Shown here: piece after piece, positions 53,765-64,000 of the stretch
Numbering within the stretch: position 1 is the stretch's first letter
Layout: the number at the start of each line of letters is the position of its first letter
Source: Octopus sinensis
Lineage: Eukaryota
Direction of reading: 5' to 3'
Assembly: GCF_006345805.1 (NCBI RefSeq)
Contig: NC_043015.1
Span: forward strand, 53,820,002-53,884,001
Length of the DNA: 64,000 nucleotides
Program-made: the position numbers and the translations under genes
Notes under the pieces: model-generated
The model's input: the letters and a program-made list of their open reading frames with translations, nothing else
Database searches by the model: none
What the model was told of the DNA's origin: nothing

Positions 53765-53890
53765 GAATTTACAGAAAACCAAAAGATGAAGGCAGGTGTA
53801 TAAACAATAAACAGATGTATTAGTTTGACGCTCGGGAAGATGTGAAAGTATTTTACGTTTCGAGCCTACGCTCTTCAACTGAAAGTAACG
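53765..53890 (-). mobile_element. H3 pLTR fragment with variant hammerhead (53851-53885)
   Basis: UUU-CAGUUGA-A-GAGC-GUAG-GCUC-GAAA-CG-UA-AAA. Confidence 0.6.
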
Positions 53891-53969
53891 TGAAGAAATA
53901 AACAGAAAGAGAATAAATAAATAAATAAATGAATAAATAAATATATATATATATATATATTGTGTGTGT

Positions 53970-54008
<39 letters not shown>

Positions 54009-54014
54009 TGTGTG

Positions 54015-54115
54015 TGTCTGCAGCTACCACCTGACAACTGGTGTTGGAGTGTTCATGTGTATAACCGATAGAATAAATACGTGACCGAAGCCCAATGACT
54101 GAAACAAGTAAAAGA
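54015..54115 (+). mobile_element. SINE family A 3' fragment
   Basis: tgacaactggtgttggagtgtt...aatgactgaaacaagtaaaaga. Confidence 0.65.
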
Positions 54116-54129
54116 GACAAGATAAAATA

Positions 54130-54400
54130 TATTTGTCTACTACGATTAAAGCACAGATTAGTATACATTGGAGAAACTGGCCGGAGACAGCATAATAGTT
54201 CCCCTGAGCACCTCAATGAATATTTAAACTACAGCAGGTCCTCTTTCGTTTGCAGCTTCTTTCTACTCAGGTAGCCATACGATTCGGCACCTCTTTGTTT
54301 TCAATCTTGCGTCATATAAAGGAAGAGCAACATCCTGCCTACCATTAAAGCAATTATCTTCGTTGGATGGACTTATCCAGCGGGAAGACTTAATTTAATC
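54130..54400 (+). mobile_element. Penelope-like GIY-YIG remnant
   Basis: LVYIGETGRRQHNSSPEHL matches YIGETGR.L..R..EHL; remainder decayed. Confidence 0.6.
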
Positions 54401-54620
54401 TCTCACTTTCGCATTTATTGTTTTTCTCACTTTGTCTAGCTCTCTCGCTCTCTTTCTCCCTCTCTCTCTCTCTTTCTCCCCCCTCTCTCTCTCATACACA
54501 CACACACATATAAATATGTATATATATACGCACACACACATATATAATATATGCATATATATGTATATGTGTATGCATGTTTATATACATGTATATGTAT
54601 ACATATATGTGTATATATAA

Positions 54621-54651
<31 letters not shown>

Positions 54652-55500
54652 CATACACATACATAGATGCATACATACATATATACAGGAGACAGAAAAT
54701 AAAAACGAAAGGCAGAAAGGAAGGAAAAAGGAGAGAAAGAGAGAATGGAAGAAAGAATTGAAAACATTTGTTAGACAAATAGCTAGAGTTTACTGTTAAG
54801 AAACATATCCTGTCTGTGTTTGCGTGCGAGTGTGTGTGCGTGCGTGCGTGTGTATGTATATGAGTGAGAGAGAGAGGGGGGAGCGAGAGAGGGGGGAGCG
54901 AGAGAGAGGGAGAGCGATAATTTGACGGACAAACAGTCAGACATTGTGACAGTCAGAATGACAGGCGTACAAATTGAAAGGAATGAAATCTCTCGACTAA
55001 AGAAACTCCTGTGTTGGCATTCTTTTACAGGGAAATCTACTTAGCTGGTCATTTTAATGTAGCCTTTATGTTAAAGTTCGATATTGACAAAGTTTATAGA
55101 CAATCAATAGCTGACATCGTTCTTGATTAGTCCTGTCAATAGATTGGACCGAGAAAGACATCGTATTGTCAGAAATTTCTCGTATGAAATAATCTACTAT
55201 TCGGCTAGGGTCTGGTTTTCGTGAGGTGAGACTCGGTCGAGTGTCTCATTATCATCCTAATACTATGTATGTATGTTTCTATAGGAAAATTAATATTTAT
55301 CTATCATCTGTCTCTCTGTCTATCTATGTATCTACCTATCTATCTCCCTGTCTATATCTCTGTCTATCTATGTCTCTACCTATCTATCTCCCTGTCTATC
55401 TCTCTATCTATGTATCTACCTTTCTATCTCTCTGTCTATCTATGTATCTACCTATCTATCTCTATGTCTATCTCTCTGTCTATCTATGTATCTACCTATC

Positions 55501-57050
55501 TCAAAAGCCTTCGATAAGGTAGACCATCACTACTTGGGGTCTGTCCTTAAAGCGGCTGGTTTTGGTCCCATCTTCCGCGGTTGGATCACTGCCTTATGCA
55601 GCGGCAACCACTCGGTAGTTCGCGTAAATGGTCATCTATCCAGACCTTTTAACATCATGCGTTCGGTTCGTCAAGGATGACCCCTCTCATCACTTCTGTA
55701 TGTATTGACTCTTGAGCCACTACTGCGGAAACTAGCGACGCTGAGGGGCATCCCACGAGAACTGGGATGCGTGATGAGCGTGGCTGCATACGTGGACGAC
55801 ATCACCGTCATAGTGTCGAGTCACAAGCACATCGATCTTGTCGGCGAGACACTAAAAGAATACGAAGCGGTAACGGGAGCAGAAATTAACTGGGAAAAGT
55901 CAGTGGACTTGCGGCTTGGCACCTGAAGAAGCAAGCCCATGTCATCCAAACATGGGCCGAGTGAAAGCTACCTCTAAAAGGTCGGGCAGAGGTAGCTAAT
56001 GCGTATATCGCATCAATCATCGATTACCACCTGACCGTCGTGCCTTTTCCGATGCCACCATCACGAAACTAGAACGCGTACTCTTCCGCTTTCTGTGGAA
56101 GGGTGGCGATCCGATGGTGAGGCGATCCATTTGCTGTCAACATCCGTTAACTGAAGGACTGGGGATGCCGTGTATATGATGCGCAGGCAAGCGCTGAGAC
56201 TGCGGCATCTCTGGAATTTCATTGACGACGGTGAACAGGTGAGGGCGCCGTTCGTGAGGCGCGCCTTCCCACAGCTCGTCTCACTGACCGAACTGCAAAC
56301 ATGGATCAAAAAGAGACCGAACCTGGGCGATTAGCACCGCGAGTGTCGCCAAGCTCTACAGCACCTCTGCAGTCCGGGATCAAACTTGTGCAACTTCCAA
56401 ACGATTAATGCGTTCTATAGAGGACTAGTGGAGGGGCGGTCCGACGACATTCTTGGGGCAATCCTGGGTGCCGACGAGAAATTCTTAACCCGCTTTTCAA
56501 GATGACGTTCGGGTCGGGGCCTATGGATAACTTCCAGAGATCCCTGGCTTGGCAATGCTATCGGGACGCACTACCAGTTCGTGAGATCTACAGACACGGT
56601 TCGAAAACCACCAGACCGACCTGCCCGAGATGCGGTCAGAGCGACGAACCCGTTCTGCACGCACTCGTGCAGTGTCCACATATTTCAGAGCTGCGGACCT
56701 TCGTTGAACGGCTGTTGTCACGTGTGGGACAGGCCTGCTTGTCAGCCGAGTCTATTGTGAATATTGTTCCGCCACCTTTCTTTAAACGGGAAGGGAAAAC
56801 AGTTTTCGTAACACTGATAGCTATGGCGAAAGAATGCGTGTGGTGGACGCGTTTGAAAGCCCTACAAACAAACACTTTCCTCTCTGGTCAGTCTCTCTTC
56901 AACTTTTTCAAGTACCACTTGAAAAGGAGGATTAGAATAGAGAGGAAACTGTTGTCGAATGAAAGTTTCAATAAAAAACGGGTAAATGTAGCAAGAGTGG
57001 TAAGTATGAAAGACGACACCATTTTAAGCATAAATCTATAACAAAAAGAG
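55501..57050 (+). mobile_element. Tx1/L1-clade LINE, 5'-truncated (RT and CCHC C-terminus)
   Basis: SKAFDKVDH..SVRQG*PLS..YVDDITV..INWEKS; C-terminus CPRCGQSDEPVLHALVQC..AKECVWWTR; stops and frameshifts. Confidence 0.9.
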
Positions 57051-57084
57051 AAAACGAGAGGAAAGGTACTTACTCGTATGTACA

Positions 57085-57160
57085 TTTTGAACAAGGTGCC
57101 AGGCAGTGGGACTGAACTCAGTTCAATGTGGTTGGGAAGCAAGCTACTAATTACACCACA
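57085..57160 (-). mobile_element. SINE family A head fragment
   Basis: caaggtgccaggcagtgggactgaac..tgtggttgggaagcaagcta. Confidence 0.65.
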
Positions 57161-57349
57161 ACTCATCATTTTGTAAAAATAAACCTGACCTCAGAGCCAA
57201 GAAAATGTTTTTTCTATCAAATATTATATAGTGATGCTGCTTTCATTTTCATTTATATTCTTCAATATATACTTCGTTGTCATCTGCATCATTGTCGTCA
57301 TCAGTAGGGTAGGTCATAATGTGGATTGTCAACAACATCAAGCACATCA

Positions 57350-57560
57350 TCATCTTTATTCAATACTCTTCAACCTCATCATCATCATCATCATCATCAT
57401 CACTGACATGAACACCACCACCACCATCACCAACACCATCATCATCATCTCATCATTATTATCATCATCATCATCTTCATCATCATCATCATCATCACAT
57501 CATCATCATCATCATCATCATAATTATTATCGTGGTCGTCGTTGTCATCATCATCCTCAT
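57350..57560. repeat. (CAT)n/(CAC)n trinucleotide array
   Basis: Direct reading. Confidence 0.9.
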
Positions 57561-57922
57561 CCTCACCGTCATCCTCATCATTATTATCAAGATTAACGTC
57601 ACCGACTCCAGCACCTTCATCGCCATCACCATCATCTTCTGGTATTCAAAATACCATCATTGCCTGCTCGTCCGGACACAGTTGTGTCCTCCTCTATTAA
57701 AGCAGAGACGAATATCACACGACGAATATCAATGGTAACAACAACAACAATAACAACAATAACAAAATCAACAAAATCAACAGAAGTAACTAACAACGGA
57801 ACGAAAATGATAATGGAAATCTTCGATATATACATATATATATGTGTGTGGGTGTGTGTGTTGTGGTGTGTGTATACGTATATTTATACATATATATGTA
57901 TATATATATATTATATATATAT

Positions 57923-57964
<42 letters not shown>

Positions 57965-58056
57965 ATATTTATATGTATATATATATAAGATATAATATAT
58001 GTATATGTATATCTATATCTATATCAATATCTATATCTATATCTATCTATATATAT

Positions 58057-58487
58057 TTCTTTTTTTTTCACTTGTTCAGTCATTTGACTGTGGCCATGCT
58101 GGAGCACCGCCTTTAGTCGAGCAAATCGAGCCCAGGACTTATTCTTTGTAAGCCTAGTACTTACTCTATCGGTCTCCTTTGCCGAACCGCTAAATTACGG
58201 GGACGTAAACACACCAACATCAGTTGTCAAGTGATGTTGGGGGAACAAACACAGACACACAAACCTATACACACAATACATATATATATATATTATATAT
58301 ATATATATAAGTATATATATATACGACGGGCTTCTTTTCAGTTTCCGTCTACCAAATCCACTCACAAGGCTTTGGACGGCCCGAGACTATAGTAGAAGAC
58401 ACTTGCCCAACGTTCCACGCAGTGGGGCTGAACCCGGAACCACGTGGTTGGTAAGCAAGCTACTTACCACACAGCCACTCCTACGCC
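58057..58487 (-). mobile_element. SINE family A, full length, best preserved
   Basis: Head aggcgtaggagtggctgtgtggtaagtagc..ccgggttcagcccc, CORE-like domain, internal (TA)n/(TG)n, 3' end agtcaaatgactgaacaagtg. Confidence 0.92.
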
Positions 58488-58489
58488 TG

Positions 58490-58800
58490 GTGTAGTTTGA
58501 AAGAGAGTCTGGGTCCATTGCCATGGCAGTCTCTTTGAGATCAAAGAGATAAAAGCACTGGGAACATTGAAACATGCCATTTGAAGGCTGCAAGAAAAAT
58601 ATTCGCTGGGGAGAGAATTCCAGAGAGCTGACATTTTAAGTATGGAAGACTGACCATGGGTAAGTAGGGAGCTTAGGGTGGGTTGTATACACAACACTGA
58701 TGATGAACAGAGAAATGAGTGAGTCAGGAGTGCCTGAGTGGTGGTGATTCTAGATTAGCCAGGTAGTGGATTAGAGTCACTATACCTACGGCAGAGTAAG
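58490..58800 (-). mobile_element. LINE (CR1/L2/Jockey-like) ORF2 3' remnant
   Basis: SALWNSLPSEYF..F resembles the conserved terminal WNSLP motif. Confidence 0.5.
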
Positions 58801-59916
58801 AGGAAACAGTATTCCGATTATCAGTCGTATTGCATGAATTTACTAAGGGTTGTAAAAGAGTCAGTATGGGAAAAGCGATGTTATTGAATAATTAAGGGTT
58901 GACGTAGTAAATGCACAGAACATAAAATATAAATAAAAAATATTCCGAGAGAAAATGTGATTAAAATTTCAGTTTCCGTTGATGACAATTTTGAGATATT
59001 ATTTTGGCCAGTTCAGATATATTTGAGCACGTTTTAACCACGACTATCCTATGATTATAGTGGAAATTTGACAGAAAATTTCGATCTAAATATATACTTG
59101 CTCGTTTATGAATTTGTGGGGGAAAATTTGGCTGTTAAAAACGATTACTTCCTCGTTCTCTTATCTTATAACTAAATAGTAAGATAAGTTGTGAAATTGC
59201 TTTGTTGAGTATTTAAGGCAGCATCTCACAATAGTTGTCTCCCCTACATCACTTTAAAATATTTTAGAAAATCGCTGTTTTGCACGTTAAATATGCCTAT
59301 ATTTTACTCGCCGAATTTTTGGCGCTAATTTCAGAATGTCGAAGCTGTTGCGGTGACAATTCCATTCTCATTTTCATCCACCAGCTGTTTGCAAATATAG
59401 AATGCCGAAAAGCTGTTTTAATAACTCCATACCCATGCTTCAATTCTTCAGCCGTGCAGAAAAGAACAGATTTGCCGTCATGAATTTAGCACAATATTCC
59501 TCCAGTTGTGAAAGCATAGCCACAGATCTATCTATATGCACCAGCTATTTTGTCATAGATAACAGTTTTTCTCTCACAGCGTGTATAAATTGTTGTTTGT
59601 ATTCTTCATTCAAAGATGAACAAAAAAAACACTATGCACAGTGTAGTTTGGGGAACTGTAATATGAAGATCGAAGTGCGATTCACCTACCTCTGTGTCGA
59701 CTGTCCGGCTAGGTTAAATCCAAGAATCGCCCTACCCATCTGACCTATCGCTTGAACCTACGCTAATTCCTTTTCCATCTTGCACGTCTACACGCGCCCG
59801 TCCGTTGCCCGAGGCCAAAGAGATATATATATGTATAATTTAAGGTAAAATTTTTCGAAAAAATTTCTATCAATGGCCAGCATATTAAAAAAATACCTTT
59901 AAAGGTTAAATTTATA

Positions 59917-60394
59917 AACAATTAATTTATAAGTAAGGGCAAAAGAAAAAAATTATAATGCTAAAATATGCTGAAAATAGACATAACGTCAATAACCATG
60001 TAATTTATCACTACAAGCACGTGTTTCGAAGAAAGCCGACAGAAATTTCTAAAAAAATCACAATATTACGATATCGGACCCGATTTCAAAGTCAGTTCAT
60101 AAGAATCTTCTCTTCATCAGTGATAAATGCGGCAAATACATAAGTGAAATACTTACTTATACCCATGGAAGAAGTATTTAACTTATTTCTTTGCTGATGA
60201 AGAGAAGTTTCTTATGAACTCACTCTGAAATCGGGTCCGATATCGTAATAACGGGATGTTTTACAAATTTCTGTCGGCTTTCTTCGAAACACGTGCTTGT
60301 AGTGATAAATTACATGGTTATTGACGTTGTGTCTGTTTTCGGCATACTTTTGGCATTAGAATTTTTTTTTTCCCTTACTTATAAATTAATTGTT
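59917..60394. mobile_element. ~240-bp-arm imperfect foldback with outward-facing HHR-like motifs (H6)
   Basis: aacaattaatttataagtaaggg / cccttacttataaattaattgtt ends; CTGATGA at 60194-60200, GAAA at 60227-60230, stem III AUCGG-GU-CCGAU-A. Confidence 0.7.
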
Positions 60395-60420
60395 ATATAT
60401 AATATATATATATATATAAG

Positions 60421-60459
<39 letters not shown>

Positions 60460-61281
60460 TAGATAGATAGAGATAGATAGATAGATAGATAGTAGATAGA
60501 TAGATAGAATAGATACATACATACATACATACATACTACATACATACATACATACATACATACATACATACATACATACGTGTATCCTACTGCTCCACTT
60601 ACTCCGGGGGATATATATCTAGGACAGACAGACAGAAGACAGACATGTAGGTAGGTAAGTAGGTAGATAGATAGATAGATATCGACATTTCTACACATAC
60701 AAATACCCACACGCATACATATACACGTATGCCTGTACCTATGTGTTTGTATATGTATATATTTACTTGCGTATATAGAAATATATGCATGCGTGCCTAC
60801 GGCTACACATGTGTGTATGTGTGCGATTGTGTGTGAGAGCATTTGTGCTTGTGCGTTTGTGTGTGTGCGTTTGTGTCTGTGTGTGTGTGTGTGTGCGTGT
60901 ATGCGTGTGTGTGTGTGCGTGTGTGTATGTGTGTGTGTGTGTGTGTATGTGTGTGAACATATTTCTCGTCATATGCAAAACTTCAATTAAGTGAGATAGG
61001 AAAAACTCTATGGAGTCGATAGTTCGGACTTAGGAATTTCTTCTGTCTTATGTAATTATATCTCACATGTGTCATGCTTTCTATCTCTTACTCTCTCTCT
61101 CCTTTCCTCTCCTTATCTGTCTCTCTTTCTCTTCCCCCTCTTTCTCTCATGTTCTTCTAATCCGGAGATATAACTCGCGGTATGTAATCATTTTTACCTT
61201 CTACATGATGATATCTACCTGTCTGTCTGTCAGTCAGTTTGTCTGTTGCCTATCTGCCTCCCTGTCTGCCTGTTCTTCTGA

Positions 61282-61332
<51 letters not shown>

Positions 61333-61442
61333 CTATCTATGGATCTGTCGCTCCCCCTCCTCGTGTCCTGTCCATCTGTCCATCTCCCTGTCCGTCTGTC
61401 TCTCTATCTATCTATCTGTCTATCGATCTATGTATATCCCTT

Positions 61443-61493
<51 letters not shown>

Positions 61494-61494
<1 letters not shown>

Positions 61495-61925
61495 AAAAAA
61501 AGATGGGTGAATGTAGCAAGGATGGCACGTATGAATGACGAAGCCACCTTGACTATGATTCTATGAACCGTAAAAATTAATACAGAGAGTTGCTTATTTG
61601 CAAAAAAAAAAAGAAATATAACTTCATTGACCGAGGTTACCGTGGTCTTTTCCGTAGGCTTTTCTTTCCACGGGTAAGTCTCACCTGTCCTCCCCTTTAC
61701 ACTTCATATTGACATTTCTGTGATAACGATCCCTATTGATCAATTTTTTCTTCTTCCTTTCCCTACCCCCATTTTATTTTAACCCCCCCCTTTTTGTCCT
61801 CTTTCTTTCCCTTTACGATCCCTTTTGATCGAAAACCAAACCCCCTTTTTTTACCCCCAAAAGAAAAGCTCTACCTTGTAATTTGTCCTGTCTGTGTGCA
61901 GCCCTGTGTGGCTAATAAAGAAACA

Positions 61926-61926
<1 letters not shown>
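61494..61926 (+). mobile_element. Tx1-like LINE 3' end with 3' UTR, inserted in (TCTA)n
   Basis: KKRWVNVARMARMNDEATLTMIL* homologous to KKRVNVARVVSMKDDTILSINL* at about 56970-57040; AATAAA near the end; (TCTA)n on both flanks. Confidence 0.8.
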
Positions 61927-61988
<62 letters not shown>

Positions 61989-62049
61989 TTGTCTGTCTGT
62001 CTATCTATCAATCCATCTATCTACCTATCTATCTATCTATCTATCTATC

Positions 62050-62083
<34 letters not shown>

Positions 62084-62189
62084 ATATCTATCTATCTATC
62101 CATCTTTATCTGTTCTCGCTTGTGTGTTTGAACGTGTGACTTGTGTCATTAAGAGGTTCGATTTATAGGCACAGGTGTTCCAGCTCAGT

Positions 62190-62470
62190 ATCAAAGGTTG
62201 GAAGGAGTCTTCGCCAAGAATCTTCTATTATGACCCATGCCCGATCAATGAAGTGTGTGAGTTTCTTAGATGAGAACTGCTAGAAACTCACTGTACATAT
62301 GTATGCATGTTGTGTGTGTGTGTGTGTTATGTGTGTGTGCGTTGCGTGCGTGTGTGTGTGTGTTTTCTTGTGTGTCGGTGTTTATTCCATACCGATTGAA
62401 AACCGATAATGGAGTGTTTACGTCCATGTAATCTACCGGTTCGTTGAAAATTACCGCTAGAATAAGTTAC
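62190..62470 (+). mobile_element. Highly diverged SINE family A body
   Basis: (TG)n followed by gtgtttacgtcc..ggttcg..ccgctagaataagt. Confidence 0.5.
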
Positions 62471-62604
62471 ATTCAAAGAAATATTCCTGGGATCCAGTCC
62501 TTCGATTTAAACAATTTATCAATTCTTTGAAAGTAAAAAGATCTATATATATATATATATATTATATTATAGATATATATATATATACATATAAAGTATG
62601 TATA

Positions 62605-62985
62605 TATGTGGAAGTGGAAGCACTCGGTCGGTTACGACGATGAGGGTTCCGGGTGATCCGATCAACGGAACAGCCTGCTCGTGAAATTAACGTGTAAGTG
62701 CTGAGCACTCCACGACACGTGTTACCCTTAACGTAGTTTCGGGGGATATTCAGCGTGACACAGAGAGTGACAAGGCCGGCCCTTGAAATACAGGTACAAC
62801 AGAAACAAGAGTGAGAGAAAGTTGTGGTGAAAGAGACAGCAGGGATCACCACCATCCACTGCCGGAGTCTCGTGGAGCTTTAGGTGTTTTCGCTCAATAA
62901 ACATCACAACGCCCGGTCTGGAATCGAAACCGCGATCCTAGGACCGCGAGTCCGCTGCCCTAACCACTGGGCCATTGCGCCTCCA
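62605..62985 (-). mobile_element. tRNA-derived SINE family C, full length
   Basis: Head tggaggcgcaatggcccagtggttagggcagcggactcgcggtcctaggatcgcggtttcgattccag with intact A and B boxes. Confidence 0.9.
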
Positions 62986-63019
62986 TTGTATATATATAGT
63001 ATATATGTGTATTATATAT

Positions 63020-64000
63020 AATAAAACTTAGATAAACTTAGATATGTTTCGACCAAAGATTGGTCCAGGCCATGTCTAACTTAATAGCACACTGATAGGA
63101 TTATTTGAATCCGTTTAAGTCAAATTTTGTTTATGGTCCATTCAAGTAGTGAGTTCTTGTTGGGTGAGTGTATCCAATTATGGGTGGCTTATCTGGTATT
63201 CTTTGAAGGAATCTATCCAGACTCCGTTTAAAGTTGATGGGATCCTTTACACTTTGATCTCTCTCGGGACAATGTTAAATAGAGCAGGGCCTGTTGAGGA
63301 AAATAAATTATGTTGCAGTGTACATGTATGCTGTGATCTTGAATTGGGCAGGGGACGTATGGCCCGTGGTCCCAGTCTTGGATGAACCTTGAAGCTAATG
63401 TTAAGGTCGTTTGGGCAAAGTTGGCGGTATATTCTCCACAAGGTACAAATGATGTACCGCTCACGGCGACGCTGGAGAGAGTAAAGTTTCAAGGCTTTAA
63501 GGCTCGATCCCAATAATCGAGAGCAGCCATGCCTTCAATTCGTTTAGTGAGTGCCCTCTGGGGTGACTCAATCCTGGAGATGTTTTGTCTTGTATGGGGA
63601 GACCACAGTGGCAGCAAATTCAAGGTGTGCCGTACAAAGGAGGAGAAAAGTGGTATGATGACACCTTGTTCTCTGGACCGAAGAAAGTTCTTAAGATCCA
63701 GGAACTCATCCTACGAGCTATATCGACCTTCTTGTTGATGTGTGCACTCCAACTGAGATCGTCATCAACAATTACACGCAGGTCTCTGATATTGTTTGAG
63801 GCTGAAGGAAGAGAGTATGGCTGTTTTAGTGAGGAATTTCTTCCAAAATGCATCAGCTCAAATTTTCGCTCATTCAGTTGCATTTTGTTTCTGTCTGCCC
63901 ATTGACTCACAGCATATAGATCAGACTGGAGTTGAGTTTGGTCTGCTTCTTCATTGACGATTTGCTGGAGCTTAGTGTCATCAGCAAATATTTTCACTTT
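63020..64000 (-). mobile_element. CR1-clade LINE, RT C-terminal half to 3' end (runs off the window)
   Basis: KIFADDTKL..LQSDL..WADRNKMQLNERKF..RDLRVIVDDDLSW..HINK; LKLYSLQRRRER; GPALFNIVP; terminal hairpin and (TCTAAGTTTA)n tail. Confidence 0.92.

Noticed and set aside
59280-59820. Possible DNA-transposon remnant (also 480-830)
   Set aside because: No recognisable transposase motif or TIR pair in any frame I read.
62915-62985. Possible genuine tRNA genes (also at 3404, 4829, 27998 and 58420)
   Set aside because: The acceptor stems do not close and each head runs into a repeated SINE body, so these are SINE heads.

Overview
Non-coding, extremely repeat-rich eukaryotic DNA. The repeat content (tRNA-derived CORE-like SINEs, Dong/R4, Tx1, CR1, Penelope-like elements, mariner/maT remnants, dense (TA)n, (GATA)n, (AAT)n and (TGTA)n microsatellites) suggests a cephalopod, Octopus-like genome. 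That assignment is an inference from my recollection of these families. No intact host gene is supported: almost all ORFs in the supplied track are microsatellite artefacts, and there is only one weak candidate exon (14206-14311). The main finding is hidden RNA structure. I count 13 type-I hammerhead ribozyme (HHR) or HHR-like motifs in 6 unrelated sequence families, each with a palindromic stem III in at least one copy or in the family consensus. The best example is a young, ORF-less, heavily base-paired 483-bp unit at 42681-43946. It occurs as a 1.55-mer plus an inverted 1.07-mer with permuted ends and carries a canonical HHR, as expected for a retrozyme or circular-RNA retroelement mobilised by Penelope-like elements. 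Other notable items are a tRNA-headed SINE-like element with an HHR in its tail, a Tx1 LINE apparently targeting (TCTA)n, and apparent partitioning of microsatellite classes among retroelement families. All coordinates were read by eye and element ends are approximate.
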